IMG/VR virus record: IMGVR_UViG_3300046804_000671
Span: 1 to 55,271 of that record
DNA: 55,271 nt
Source: a virus
Lineage: Duplodnaviria > Caudoviricetes
Strand: one strand, 5' to 3'
The notes under the pieces are model-generated. The model was not told the origin of the DNA. It made no database searches and saw nothing but the letters and a program-made list of their open reading frames with translations. Positions 9,535-19,545 of the stretch are shown in pieces. The position numbers and the translations under genes were made by a program. Every line of letters begins with the position of its first letter. Within the stretch, counting starts at the first letter, position 1.

Positions 9535-9930
9535 ATGAAGATTATTATTTGGCCACAAGACAACGGTCCTATTGCAGTTTGTATTCCTTCTGGAGAAATT
9601 TCGCTTGAAGAAGTAATTGCAAAGGACGTTCCCAAAAACGTATCATACAAAGTAATTAATGTTGAAGACTTGCCACTTCAGATGGGGGATGAATTCTTTG
9701 ATGCGGTTAGGATTGAGAATGAATCTATTGTTGTAAGTCTAGAGGCGGCAAAGGCTTTGGTCTTGGTAAAAATCAATAACAATGCAAGAATTGAGGCTAG
9801 AACAAGACAGGAAAACACAAACATTGGCATTCCAAATACACCGGATGACCAGACTTGGATTTCAAATTTGAACAACAAGAGATCATCCGTCAACAGTGCA
9901 ACTACAATTGAAGAGCTTAGGAATATATAA
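9535..9930 (+). CDS. Putative tail fibre assembly chaperone
   Basis: Follows the fibre gene; IAKDVP...ATTIEELR pattern. Confidence 0.5.
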   Translation: MKIIIWPQDNGPIAVCIPSGEISLEEVIAKDVPKNVSYKVINVEDLPLQMGDEFFDAVRIENESIVVSLEAAKALVLVKINNNARIEARTRQENTNIGIPNTPDDQTWISNLNNKRSSVNSATTIEELRNI

Positions 9931-10275
9931 ATGTCTATTTCATACTCGCTGAAGATTACACAGATGGATGTAGAGCCTCATGCTGAAGATCAGGTGAATG
10001 TTGTTGTTTGCGCTCACTGGGCCTACACGGGAACAGAGAACAACAAGTCTGCCGGTTATGGTGGCAAGACATATTTCACATATACATCAGGCGATCCGTT
10101 TACGCCCTATGATCAGCTTACAGAAGATCAGGTTTCTGGATGGGTTCTGGGGGCTTGGACACCTGATCAGAAGTCAATCTACGAGTCAGCTATCTCGGCC
10201 TCTCTTGCGTCTCAGGCAGAGCCTCTCCCTTGGGGTGGGAAAAATACTATTGCAAATCCTGTTAAGGAAGATTAA
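9931..10275 (+). CDS. Conserved tail-region hypothetical protein
   Basis: VVVCAHW...FTPYDQLTEDQVSGWV...LPW pattern. Confidence 0.6.
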   Translation: MSISYSLKITQMDVEPHAEDQVNVVVCAHWAYTGTENNKSAGYGGKTYFTYTSGDPFTPYDQLTEDQVSGWVLGAWTPDQKSIYESAISASLASQAEPLPWGGKNTIANPVKED

Positions 10276-10301
10276 TATCCTCTTCCTGAAAGGAGCAAAT
10301 A

Positions 10302-10454
10302 ATGTCTGAAGCCAAGTCAATTAAGTTCGATGTGACCACAGAGGAAGCCAACTACATCCTCATCTCGTTGAGCCAGCGTCCTTATAACGAGGTTGCCGCT
10401 CTGCTGATGAAGCTGAAGGCTCAGGCTGACGCTCAGGTCAAGTCGGAAAATTAA
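10302..10454 (+). CDS. Small hypothetical protein (50 aa, not in ORF track)
   Basis: AAGGAG RBS; MSEAKSIKFDVTTEEANYILISLSQRPYNEVAALLMKLKAQ. Confidence 0.7.
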   Translation: MSEAKSIKFDVTTEEANYILISLSQRPYNEVAALLMKLKAQADAQVKSEN

Positions 10455-10474
10455 ACAAACTGAGAGTAAATATG

Positions 10475-10522
10475 GAAGCTACGTCAAACAAGGCTATTAA
10501 ATGTTTGGCGTAGCTTCTTTTT
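10475..10522 (+). promoter_or_regulatory. 16-bp hairpin overlapping the start codon of the next gene, followed by a U-tract
   Basis: GAAGCTACGTCAAACA (10475-10490) pairs with TGTTTGGCGTAGCTTC (10502-10517), then TTTTT. Confidence 0.65.
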
Positions 10523-11265
10523 CTTCAAGACCATACAGCACGTATGTATTACCACTAAGTCAGACATTCTCTGTAAATGGAGTATCTGCAAGTGGGGGTG
10601 AAGGTTCTGTAAATGTAGTCTTTGGCTCCAGTGTTATTCCGACTGGAGTTCAATCGACAGGATACATAAATAGTGTATCTATTATCGGTTCTGCCACAGT
10701 ACAGACAACTGGAAATTCTTCGTCTGTAAGCGTTGGCAATGTCTCTATTTCCGCATCGGCAAATGTTTACCCAACTGGAGTCAACGGAAGCGTACTACAG
10801 GGAACTGTAGTTGTAAAATTTGGATCTACTGTATTCCCAACTGGAGTAAGCTCCACAGGATATACTGGAAGCGTAACTGTAAAGGGTTACGCAAATGTAT
10901 TTCCAACTGGAAATGTTTCCACTGGCAGCATAGGAAACGTTTCAATCATTGGCAAAGCCAATGTTTTCCCAACTGGCGTAAACTCAAATGTTTCAGTTGG
11001 AACTGTATCAGTATCTGCTTCTGCAAATGTATACCCATCCGGAACAAGTGCAACAACCGGCCAGGGTTCAGTTTCAGTAACTGGAACTGCAAACGTATTC
11101 CCTGTTAGCGCGACAGGATATGGAATGATTGGCAGGCCAAATATTTGGGGCCTCATCAACACCGACCAAAACCCTGACTGGAATACAATTAATTCTTCCC
11201 AGACTGCGGGATGGAATACCATAAATGATTCACAAACACCTGATTGGCAGGTTATCCCTACATAG
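10501..11265 (+). CDS. Repetitive beta-rich structural protein
   Basis: ~22-aa repeats V(F/Y)PTGVxSTGxxGxVSI; C-terminal WNTINxSQT repeats. Confidence 0.7.
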   Translation: MFGVASFSSRPYSTYVLPLSQTFSVNGVSASGGEGSVNVVFGSSVIPTGVQSTGYINSVSIIGSATVQTTGNSSSVSVGNVSISASANVYPTGVNGSVLQGTVVVKFGSTVFPTGVSSTGYTGSVTVKGYANVFPTGNVSTGSIGNVSIIGKANVFPTGVNSNVSVGTVSVSASANVYPSGTSATTGQGSVSVTGTANVFPVSATGYGMIGRPNIWGLINTDQNPDWNTINSSQTAGWNTINDSQTPDWQVIPT

Positions 11266-11273
11266 AGGTATGA

Positions 11274-13487
11274 ATGCCTAGTACATATTCAACAAATCTA
11301 AAGATCGAGCTTATCTCAACTGGCGAACAGTCAGGCACTTGGGGAACAACAACAAACACAAACCTTGGAACACTGCTTGAGGAGGCGATCTGTGGCGTTG
11401 GCGCTGTCACTATGCTTGATGCTGACACCACCATCACTATTTCAAATGGAGCCTCATCAACAGCAAGAAAGGTTATTCTGACAGTAACTGGCACTCTAAC
11501 GGCCAACAGAAACCTTATTGTTCCTTCCATCAATAAAACATATATCGTTTATAACAATACAACTGGCGGGTATGCTGTTACTGTTAAGACATCTGCCGGA
11601 ACAGGAATCTCTGTCCCTAATGGGCAGAAGAGAATGGTTTACGGAGATAGCACAAATATCAACGAGGCAGTAAACAGCGTTGGAAGTTTCTGGGTTAACG
11701 GAACGCTTACTTCTACTGGCGCAGGAACATTTACCGGTGCCTTGACTTCAAACAATTATGTTTATAGCAATACAGGCACAGCCGCAATGGCTCGGTTTGT
11801 TTTGCAAAATACAAACCGCACATGGTCAATCTCCAATTACGGAACATCATATTCCCCTAATGGTAGATTCACAATTGCTGATGAAACCGCTGGCACAACT
11901 TGGTTTTCAATTGATGTTGGTGGACTGACATCAATTAATGGAGCGCTGAACTACGGCGGCGTGACATTGGCAAATGCCGTTACTGGTACAGGCAACATGG
12001 TGCTGTCGGCCAGCCCGACGCTGACCGGCACCGTGAACCTCACGACCGCGCGCGGGAGTTACTTCATTTCGCCCGCTGACGCGACCACGGACGTCGTCAC
12101 CTACGGCTTCAACAATTCAAACGGACCCACTCTTGTGGCGTGGGGATCAGGTAGCGGTGGAGCCGGGCAATTCCAGATCTATACCGGCGGCAACAGCCGC
12201 ATGGTCATTAGCTCGACTGGCACGACCACTTTCACCGGAGCCCTCAACTACGGCGGCGTGACCCTGAACAACAGCGTGACAGGCACCGGCTCGATGGTGT
12301 TGTCGAACACGCCGACGATCACCAGCTATGCCGACATCGCTGGCATTCGCTACGGTGCGTACACCACTGGCGCTTCGTTTGGAGGCGACGGTTCCAACAT
12401 TGCAATTCGTCCTTATGCATCCGGCAGTACGTACTTTCAAAGTTCTTCCGGGTCTACATGGGCGTTCATTAGCAGCACTGTTTTTAATTGCAGTGTACCT
12501 CTGGCTTACGGCGGCGTCACCTTGTCTAACAGCGTCACCGGAACTGGGTCGATGGTGTTGTCGAACGCGCCGACGTTTACCGGCACTGTCAACATTCCGA
12601 CGCTCAACGTCACTTCCAGTATTAGCTGGGCTGGTTCGACATGGATGCTACAGACCAGCGGATATTCTGTTTTCTATGACGGCTCTGCTCGTCAGAACCT
12701 GTTCCTCGGCGGAACGGGCGATCCGACTAACTATTACCGAAACAGCACTCACTTCTTCCAGACCGTGGGCGGCTCGGCCAACATCCTTAGCATGACAGGC
12801 TCGTTGGCAACATTCTCGGTGCCTATCAACTACGGCGGTGTTACTCTCAGCAATGCTGTCACTGGAACTGGGTCGATGGTGCTGTCAAATGCGCCTACAT
12901 TCACAGGAACAGTTTCTGGGTCAACATATAACTTTACAACTGCCGATACTGCCGTTGGTGGTCGCATCAGCGGAGCATCTGGAAAGATCAGGCTGTGGGG
13001 GTATTTTTCTGGCGCTTCGACAATCGATGCTGCTGTTCCCGGTGAGTCTACTTATGGCCCGCTTCGCCTTACAGGAAACTCTCTGTACCTTAATGGAAAT
13101 GGTGTAGATGTTGTTACAGTAACATCGTCAAGAGTTACTACTTCTGTACAGGCTAGATTTGGTTCTGCGGACATGGATGTTCCGTCAGGGTCCGCCCCGC
13201 TTGCCATGGCTCGCGCTTGGGCCAACTGGACAGGAGGAACCACAACAATTAATACCTCTATGAATGTGTCAAGCATCACTAGAATATCTGCTGGTGTATA
13301 TTACGCTAACTTCACAACATCAGCTCCTCACGCAACTTATGCTACTGTTGTTTCCGGTCAAGGTGGTCCGGGTATTTTTACAGGATCACAACCTGATGAC
13401 GCAACAAAGGCTCTTGTTATAAGCGCAAATACCCTTTCGCAATCATATCAAGATGTTTCTGTGTATTCATTTGTTGCTTACTGGTAA
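11274..13487 (+). CDS. Tail fibre protein 2 (modular, paralogous modules to fibre 1)
   Basis: MPSTYSTNLKIELISTGEQSGTWGTTTN anchor; four YGGVTL repeats; ARAWANW tip domain. Confidence 0.85.
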   Translation: MPSTYSTNLKIELISTGEQSGTWGTTTNTNLGTLLEEAICGVGAVTMLDADTTITISNGASSTARKVILTVTGTLTANRNLIVPSINKTYIVYNNTTGGYAVTVKTSAGTGISVPNGQKRMVYGDSTNINEAVNSVGSFWVNGTLTSTGAGTFTGALTSNNYVYSNTGTAAMARFVLQNTNRTWSISNYGTSYSPNGRFTIADETAGTTWFSIDVGGLTSINGALNYGGVTLANAVTGTGNMVLSASPTLTGTVNLTTARGSYFISPADATTDVVTYGFNNSNGPTLVAWGSGSGGAGQFQIYTGGNSRMVISSTGTTTFTGALNYGGVTLNNSVTGTGSMVLSNTPTITSYADIAGIRYGAYTTGASFGGDGSNIAIRPYASGSTYFQSSSGSTWAFISSTVFNCSVPLAYGGVTLSNSVTGTGSMVLSNAPTFTGTVNIPTLNVTSSISWAGSTWMLQTSGYSVFYDGSARQNLFLGGTGDPTNYYRNSTHFFQTVGGSANILSMTGSLATFSVPINYGGVTLSNAVTGTGSMVLSNAPTFTGTVSGSTYNFTTADTAVGGRISGASGKIRLWGYFSGASTIDAAVPGESTYGPLRLTGNSLYLNGNGVDVVTVTSSRVTTSVQARFGSADMDVPSGSAPLAMARAWANWTGGTTTINTSMNVSSITRISAGVYYANFTTSAPHATYATVVSGQGGPGIFTGSQPDDATKALVISANTLSQSYQDVSVYSFVAYW

Positions 13488-13495
13488 AATATACA

Positions 13496-15346
13496 ATGAC
13501 ACCTGAACTCCTTCCTATTCAGATCAAACCGGGAATCGTAAGAGATTCGACTCATTATGCAAACAAAGGAGGATGGTGGGATTGTAATTGGGTCAGGTTC
13601 AGAAATGGTTTTCCAGAGAAGATGGGTGGATGGACAACAGACCTTCATGAAACATTTCAGGGTGCATGCCGCTCTCTAATCAACTGGACTACAAACAACG
13701 GGCTTAACCGTACAGGATTTGGAACAAACCTCAAGTACTATATTCTGACAGGCGGAAACTACCAAGACATCACGCCAATCAGACGCACTGTTACACTTAC
13801 AAATCCATTCACCACAAACGGCACAACTACAGTTGTTGTGACTGATGCATCTCACGGATGTGTTGTGAATGACTTTGTGACATTCTCTGGCGCGTCTGCT
13901 GTTGGAGGAATACCGGCTGACGATCTAAACCAAGAACACCAGATTACAGAAATTGTAGATACAAACAACTACAAGATTGTAGTCAGCACTGCGGCAACAT
14001 CGTCAACGACTGGCGGCGGAACTGTCACCGCAGAATATCAGGTCAACACAGGACTTGATACATACGTCCCCGGCGTTGGTTGGGGTGCGGGGACTTGGGG
14101 AAGAAACGGATGGGGAACAGCCGCAGGCACTCCTACGGTTGGAACCCAGATTGGTCTTTGGTCTAATGCTCTGTTTGGAGAAGACCTTCTGATCAACCAG
14201 AGAAATGGTGGAATCTATTATTGGAGCGCAAGCACACCAAACGACAGGGCCATCAATATTACCGCCCTTCCATACGCTTCTGATGCTCCGACAATTGCAA
14301 CTGAAGTTCTTGTATCTGACGTAGACCGCCATGTCATCGCGCTAGGCTGCAACCAAATTGGAGATGCAGATCAGGACTTTATGAATGTCAGATGGTCCGA
14401 CACTGAAAGCTCCTCAAATTGGACGCCTCAGTCAACAAACACTGCTGGTGGATTCAGACTGTCAAACGGTTCAAAGATTGTAACAGGACTCAGAACCCGT
14501 CAGGAAATCCTTATTTGGACTGACAGTGCGATCTACTCAATGCAGTATATCGGCGCTCCATACGTGTTCAACCTTAACCTTCTTTCTGGATATACAAATA
14601 TCTCAGGGCCAAAGGCAAAGATTGTGGTCAATGATGTTGTATACTGGATGGGAAGGGATCAGTTCTATATCTACAACGGTAGAGTCAGTACGCTTCCATG
14701 TCCTGTAAGAGATTATATCTTTAGCAGACTGAATACAGATCAGATTGAAAAGGTGTATGCTGGATCTAATATTGCATACAATGAAATCATTTGGCTGTAT
14801 CCATCGACAAATTCAAATGAGAATGATTCTTACGTTGTATTTAATTACGTAGAAAATGTGTGGTATTTTGGTTCTATCTCAAGAACCGCTTGGCTTGACA
14901 AGACATTCGGACAGTATCCTACCGCTACAGATACTAATGGGAATTATTATTATCATGAATTTGGATTCGACGATGGTTCGACGAACCCGCCGTCTGCTAT
15001 TGACGCGTACATTGAGAGTAGTCCGATTGAAATTGGCACGGGCAATGACTTCATGTTCGTTCGACACGCAATCCCAGACCTTACGTTCAGGTCATCGACG
15101 GCTACTAGCCCTACTGTAACCTTCATCATGGAGGCACAGCAGCAGCCCGGAGGTCCGTATTCTGGAGAGCAGGATAAGAATGTTATAAAAACAGGTTCTT
15201 ATCCTGTTGACCAATTTACAGAAAAGCTGTATACTAGGATAAGGTGCCGTTCTCTTATCTTCAAGGTTGAGTCCAACCAGACTGGCGTAGGCTGGCGAGT
15301 TGGCACTCCCCGTATTATGGCCTCTACAGATGGTCTTAGAGGATGA
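13496..15346 (+). CDS. Tail tubular/nozzle protein (P22 gp10 / T7 gp12-like)
   Basis: 616-aa beta-propeller-like protein with VRFRNGFPEKMGGW and VRWSD motifs; position before the ejection proteins. Confidence 0.7.
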   Translation: MTPELLPIQIKPGIVRDSTHYANKGGWWDCNWVRFRNGFPEKMGGWTTDLHETFQGACRSLINWTTNNGLNRTGFGTNLKYYILTGGNYQDITPIRRTVTLTNPFTTNGTTTVVVTDASHGCVVNDFVTFSGASAVGGIPADDLNQEHQITEIVDTNNYKIVVSTAATSSTTGGGTVTAEYQVNTGLDTYVPGVGWGAGTWGRNGWGTAAGTPTVGTQIGLWSNALFGEDLLINQRNGGIYYWSASTPNDRAINITALPYASDAPTIATEVLVSDVDRHVIALGCNQIGDADQDFMNVRWSDTESSSNWTPQSTNTAGGFRLSNGSKIVTGLRTRQEILIWTDSAIYSMQYIGAPYVFNLNLLSGYTNISGPKAKIVVNDVVYWMGRDQFYIYNGRVSTLPCPVRDYIFSRLNTDQIEKVYAGSNIAYNEIIWLYPSTNSNENDSYVVFNYVENVWYFGSISRTAWLDKTFGQYPTATDTNGNYYYHEFGFDDGSTNPPSAIDAYIESSPIEIGTGNDFMFVRHAIPDLTFRSSTATSPTVTFIMEAQQQPGGPYSGEQDKNVIKTGSYPVDQFTEKLYTRIRCRSLIFKVESNQTGVGWRVGTPRIMASTDGLRG

Positions 15347-15666
15347 ACAGGCTGCCAGCCTTCCCGGCCACCTATGATCAGGCATGGGGAAACACATACA
15401 CAAGAACGCTGGAAATCAACTTTAACCAGCTATCTCAGCCTATCTCTACCGGTTGGTATGTCAGCGTAACAAGTCCAACCAGAACATTGCAGCCTACATC
15501 AGCGGTAGGTCAGGTAGGCAATGTAGCAGTTTCCATTAACGGAAGCGCCAACATTTCCATTCCTGTCACCGGGGTCGGTGGCTCCTATAACGGAACATTG
15601 CAAAGCACTAACGATGTCCTAGAGACTCTAATCTCGGACATGAAGACAAGAGGTCTGCTCGCATGA
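15343..15666 (+). CDS. Hypothetical protein
   Basis: ATGA-coupled on both sides. Confidence 0.55.
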   Translation: MNRLPAFPATYDQAWGNTYTRTLEINFNQLSQPISTGWYVSVTSPTRTLQPTSAVGQVGNVAVSINGSANISIPVTGVGGSYNGTLQSTNDVLETLISDMKTRGLLA

Positions 15667-17576
15667 ACATGAACGATATCGCCAACTACTTGGCTCCTCC
15701 AGCGGTTAAGAATATGATGGCCGCTCAGTCTGCTCCTGCCGCTCCTGCCGCTGGCGCACGCCCTAACATGGCACTGGATGGCAGCGAGATTAGCAAGGGT
15801 CCTAATCAGTATATCGGCGCTCAGAGCAACTCAGTCACAAGACCTATTGGAGTTGACTACGGTATCTTTCAGGGTAGCGCTGATGGTGCTACAGGGGCTG
15901 CTGGAGTTGGAGGAGTTGGCGCAGGAGTTGGCACTGGAGAGGGTGTCGCCGGTGTAGATGCGGGAAGTGTCGGACCATCCAGCGCTGATGCTGCTGACTA
16001 TGCGAGGGGTGGGGTTGTTAGATCCAGATACTATGCTGGTGGAGGAAACGTAAACGCTCCTTCAGCCAGCGCGGCGACCGCTGCCTCTACCCCTGAGGAG
16101 GCTATGCGTAAGTATAGGGAAATCTATGGAGACCCTCAGTCTGACTCAACACAAACAACACAGCCTCAGTCTGGTGGCAATCCTAATGATTACATTGGGC
16201 AGTGGGCGTATGACATTGGTCAGGGCAACATTGGCGGAATCCTGAAGGGTCCGGGTATGCGTGCGCTTGAGAAGGGAGACATTGTCTCTGCTCTTTCTCC
16301 TGCTGCCATGGTCATCAAGGGTCTTGCCGAGGGCGGTCCTGTTCAGGCCAACCAGCAGATGGCTCAGCATCTTGCGTCTCAGGGCACAAACAACGACAGC
16401 ATGCTTGTGCATATGACACCAAGAGAGGTTCAGGGTCTTGGCTCGCTGCACCCATCAGGTCGTATGCCAATCAATCCGAGAACCGGCCTGCCAGAGGCTG
16501 ACTTCCTTACAGACATCCTTCCGGGTATTGCAGGTACTGTTATCGGCTCTGTCGTTGGCATGCCTTGGCTTGGTGCTGCCGTTGGTGGTCTTGGAACATG
16601 GGCGGCGACAGGTAATCTTGGCAAGGGTATCCTTTCAGGATTGATGTCGTTTGGGTTGGGATCTCTTGGCGGGATGCTTGGGGAAGCTGGTGCTGGCGCT
16701 GCCGAGGGAATCACAGGCACGGCGGCAAAGAGTGCGGCTGGCGCGCTAGATCCATCAAAGATGGTTTCAACTTCAGCAATTGACAGGGCAATCGATCCAT
16801 CTATTGGCTCCATTGCTGGTGATGCTACGGCACCGACAACTAGCGCAACAACATTGGCGGCACCAGCGAAGCAATCGCTAGGATTCTTTGATAAGATTTC
16901 TTCTGGATTCCAGAACGCTCCTCAGACTTTCCAGAACATTGGAACTGGTATTGTAAATCCACAGAACTGGAGCAGCAAGATGTTTTTGCCTGCTGCTATG
17001 ACTTTGGGCAGTGCTTACGGTCTAGCTCAGGGCAGCCAGCAGCCTCCATCTGCTCCACAACCCATGATGCCGCAGCAGGGTCAGGCTCCCACCCTCACTA
17101 CCGCAGCCAACCCTCCTAGAATTCCAACTGGCGGTGTTGTTCCTCCGGGTTACGACCCTAAAACATATAGGGGTGAGCTTTCATATTTCCAGCCTAATCC
17201 TGCTTGGGGCGGGTATCCTTCCTACGCCGCCACTGGAGGCCAGCAGCACGCCTACATTCAGCCTGACGGCACACCCTATGAACTTGCTGGTGGAGGAGTA
17301 GCTCAGCTTCCCTCTGGTATGATCAGGGGTCCGGGTGCTGGTATGGATGACAAAATCAAGGGAACCATCGACGGGCGTAGGGATGTCTACCTGAGTGATG
17401 GTGAGTATGTTGTCGATGCCCAGACTATCTCTGCCCTTGGGGATGGGTCAAGCAAGGCGGGCGCTCAGAGGATGAAGAAGATTGTCGAGGAGATTCGACA
17501 CAAGAAGTTCGGCTCCAAGAAGCAGCCGCCAAAGATGGCAGAGACAGGAGGCCTTGCTTCTTTGAGGTCTGTCTGA
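15663..17576 (+). CDS. Internal virion/ejection protein
   Basis: Gly/Ala-rich with a hydrophobic glycine-zipper segment; MLVHMTPREV, INPRTGLPE and LSDGEYVV motifs. Confidence 0.65.
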   Translation: MNMNDIANYLAPPAVKNMMAAQSAPAAPAAGARPNMALDGSEISKGPNQYIGAQSNSVTRPIGVDYGIFQGSADGATGAAGVGGVGAGVGTGEGVAGVDAGSVGPSSADAADYARGGVVRSRYYAGGGNVNAPSASAATAASTPEEAMRKYREIYGDPQSDSTQTTQPQSGGNPNDYIGQWAYDIGQGNIGGILKGPGMRALEKGDIVSALSPAAMVIKGLAEGGPVQANQQMAQHLASQGTNNDSMLVHMTPREVQGLGSLHPSGRMPINPRTGLPEADFLTDILPGIAGTVIGSVVGMPWLGAAVGGLGTWAATGNLGKGILSGLMSFGLGSLGGMLGEAGAGAAEGITGTAAKSAAGALDPSKMVSTSAIDRAIDPSIGSIAGDATAPTTSATTLAAPAKQSLGFFDKISSGFQNAPQTFQNIGTGIVNPQNWSSKMFLPAAMTLGSAYGLAQGSQQPPSAPQPMMPQQGQAPTLTTAANPPRIPTGGVVPPGYDPKTYRGELSYFQPNPAWGGYPSYAATGGQQHAYIQPDGTPYELAGGGVAQLPSGMIRGPGAGMDDKIKGTIDGRRDVYLSDGEYVVDAQTISALGDGSSKAGAQRMKKIVEEIRHKKFGSKKQPPKMAETGGLASLRSV

Positions 17577-17587
17577 TATAATCAGGA

Positions 17588-18010
17588 ATGCATATTAAAC
17601 AAGTTCCTTCTCAGTATGTATCACTGGTCTGGCCGGTGATCAAGGCATTTGTAGATAAGTCAGCAAAGTACTCTGGAGACAGAACAGAGTCAGAAGATAT
17701 CAGGCAAGACTGTGAAAATGGAACAGTCTTTCTCTGGGTTGCCCATGATGACAATCATGATACCCATGGATTTGTTACAGGTCAATTTCTTGACTATCCG
17801 GGAATGAAGGTTCTCGCCCTCCAGTTCACAGGAGGAAGAAGATTGCGTGAGTGGTCTTCAGATATGTGGAACACATTGGAATCATTTGCTCGCGACAACG
17901 GTTGCTCAAAGATTGAGGGCGCTGGCCGAATTGGTTGGTTGCGCTTCATGAAGCAATTTGGATGCACGCCAGCATTCTATATATATGAAAAGGATTTAAG
18001 AGATGGGTAA
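17588..18010 (+). CDS. GNAT-fold protein in the ejection-gene cluster
   Basis: FARDNGCSKIEGAGRIGW motif; position matches the acetyltransferase-like gene in podovirus internal-protein clusters. Confidence 0.6.
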   Translation: MHIKQVPSQYVSLVWPVIKAFVDKSAKYSGDRTESEDIRQDCENGTVFLWVAHDDNHDTHGFVTGQFLDYPGMKVLALQFTGGRRLREWSSDMWNTLESFARDNGCSKIEGAGRIGWLRFMKQFGCTPAFYIYEKDLRDG

Positions 18011-19535
18011 AGGTGGACAGCAGCAACAGCAGCCGCAGCCTACAAGCTCTACGGTTACACAGTCAAACATTCCTGAGTACGCGCGTCCGTATTTCGAAAA
18101 CCTGCTCCAGAGAGCGCAGGCTACAAGCGAGCAGCCATATACTCCTTATACAGAACAGAGGATTGCAGACCTAGCGCCGCAGACAACTAAAGCCATCAGC
18201 AATATCTCAGCCAGCCAAGGCATCGCCACACCATATATTAACGCCGCTGGAGGCGCTCTTGGGAATGCCTCAGCAAGCATCAATAATGCTGCTGGGTATC
18301 AGGCACCGACAATCGAGAGTCAGTATCAAGCTTCGCCAATTACATCAAGCTATCAGCCGGGGCAGATTGGAAGCAACTACACTCCCGGAATTATCAGCAG
18401 CACGTATCAGGCTCCAAATATCCAAAATACGTATAACGCCGGAAACATTAGCTCACAGTATCAGGCTGGCAGCTATACGCCTACGTCAGGAATTATGCAG
18501 CCTGCTCAGATGTGGAATCAGCAGCAGGCCCAGCAGTATATGAGTCCGTACCAGCAGTCTGTTACAGATGTCGCCAAGAGAGAGGCGGCCAGACAGTCGG
18601 CTATTGGTGGACTTGGAGAGCAGGCTCAGGCCACTCAGGCTGGAGGATACGGCGGCTACAGACACGGACTTGTTGAAGCAGAGAGAGCCAGAAACCTTAG
18701 CCAGCTTCAGAACCAGATTCAGGTTCAGGGAGATCAGGCAGCGTATAATCAGGCGGCTCAGCAGTTTGGAGCAGATAGAGCCGCCCAGCTTGCGGCAGCG
18801 CAGGCGGCGCAGAACGCTTCCCAGTTCCAGTATGGAGCGACCCAGCAGGCACAGCAGACACAGGGCGCGCAGAGCCTTCAGGCACAGCTTGCCGCAGAAC
18901 AGGCCAGACAGACTCAGGGAGGTATGTCTCTGCAAGCTCAGCAGGCGATGGCACAGGCTCTACAGGCTCAAGGAGCGCAGAGTCTACAGGCTCAACAGGC
19001 CACAGAACAGGCAAGACAGACTGGAGGAGCGCAGTATCTTCAGGGTCAGCAGCTTGCAGAACAGGCTGGTCAGGCCGCAGGAGCGCAGGGAATTCAGGCG
19101 CAACAGGCCACGCAGCAGGCTCTACAGAATCAGGGCCTACAGTCATTGCAGGCGCAGCAGGCCAATGCTCAGGCTCAGCAGCAGGCCGCCAATCTTTGGC
19201 TCGGCGCTGGGCAGGCTGGTCTTGGACTAGCTCAAGGCTTGGGTTCACTTGGCACCACCGCTCAGAAAGCCGGTGCGTTCGATACCAGTCAACTTCTCAC
19301 TGCTGGCAATATTCAGCAGCAGGCACAGCAGGCGCAGCTTAATCAGAAATATCAGGACTTTCTATCTCAACAGTACTACCCGATGCAGCAGGAACAGTTC
19401 CTCAGTTCAATCCTCAGAGGACAGGTCATTCAGCCCAGCACTCTTCAGGCTACATACCAGCAGCCGTATGATCCTGTGTCTCAGGCTCTTGCTCTGGGCA
19501 TTGGTGGCGCTGGCCTTGCTAGGGCTTTCGGATAA
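18003..19535 (+). CDS. Gln/Ala-rich DNA ejection (pilot) protein
   Basis: MGKGG N-terminus, IPEYARPY, YMSPYQQSV and GGYGGYR motifs; internal 9-aa and 18-aa repeats. Confidence 0.7.
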   Translation: MGKGGQQQQQPQPTSSTVTQSNIPEYARPYFENLLQRAQATSEQPYTPYTEQRIADLAPQTTKAISNISASQGIATPYINAAGGALGNASASINNAAGYQAPTIESQYQASPITSSYQPGQIGSNYTPGIISSTYQAPNIQNTYNAGNISSQYQAGSYTPTSGIMQPAQMWNQQQAQQYMSPYQQSVTDVAKREAARQSAIGGLGEQAQATQAGGYGGYRHGLVEAERARNLSQLQNQIQVQGDQAAYNQAAQQFGADRAAQLAAAQAAQNASQFQYGATQQAQQTQGAQSLQAQLAAEQARQTQGGMSLQAQQAMAQALQAQGAQSLQAQQATEQARQTGGAQYLQGQQLAEQAGQAAGAQGIQAQQATQQALQNQGLQSLQAQQANAQAQQQAANLWLGAGQAGLGLAQGLGSLGTTAQKAGAFDTSQLLTAGNIQQQAQQAQLNQKYQDFLSQQYYPMQQEQFLSSILRGQVIQPSTLQATYQQPYDPVSQALALGIGGAGLARAFG

Positions 19536-19545
19536 GGAAATAAAA

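Larger units (their letters stand above)
7766..12905 (+). repeat. Dispersed ~80-bp linker repeat in both fibre genes (7 full copies)
   Basis: Encodes YGGVTLxNxVTGTGxMVLSxxPT at about 7766, 8112, 8682, 11943, 12240, 12501 and 12825. Confidence 0.85.

Noticed and set aside
8510-12830. Diversity-generating retroelement acting on the fibres
   Set aside because: No reverse transcriptase. Both repeat copies are coding, and differences are mostly synonymous rather than adenine-specific.
19249-19545. N-terminal extensions in the ORF track (also 3255, 5193, 5404, 39534, 52665)
   Set aside because: They overlap upstream genes, and better RBS-supported or homology-consistent starts lie downstream.
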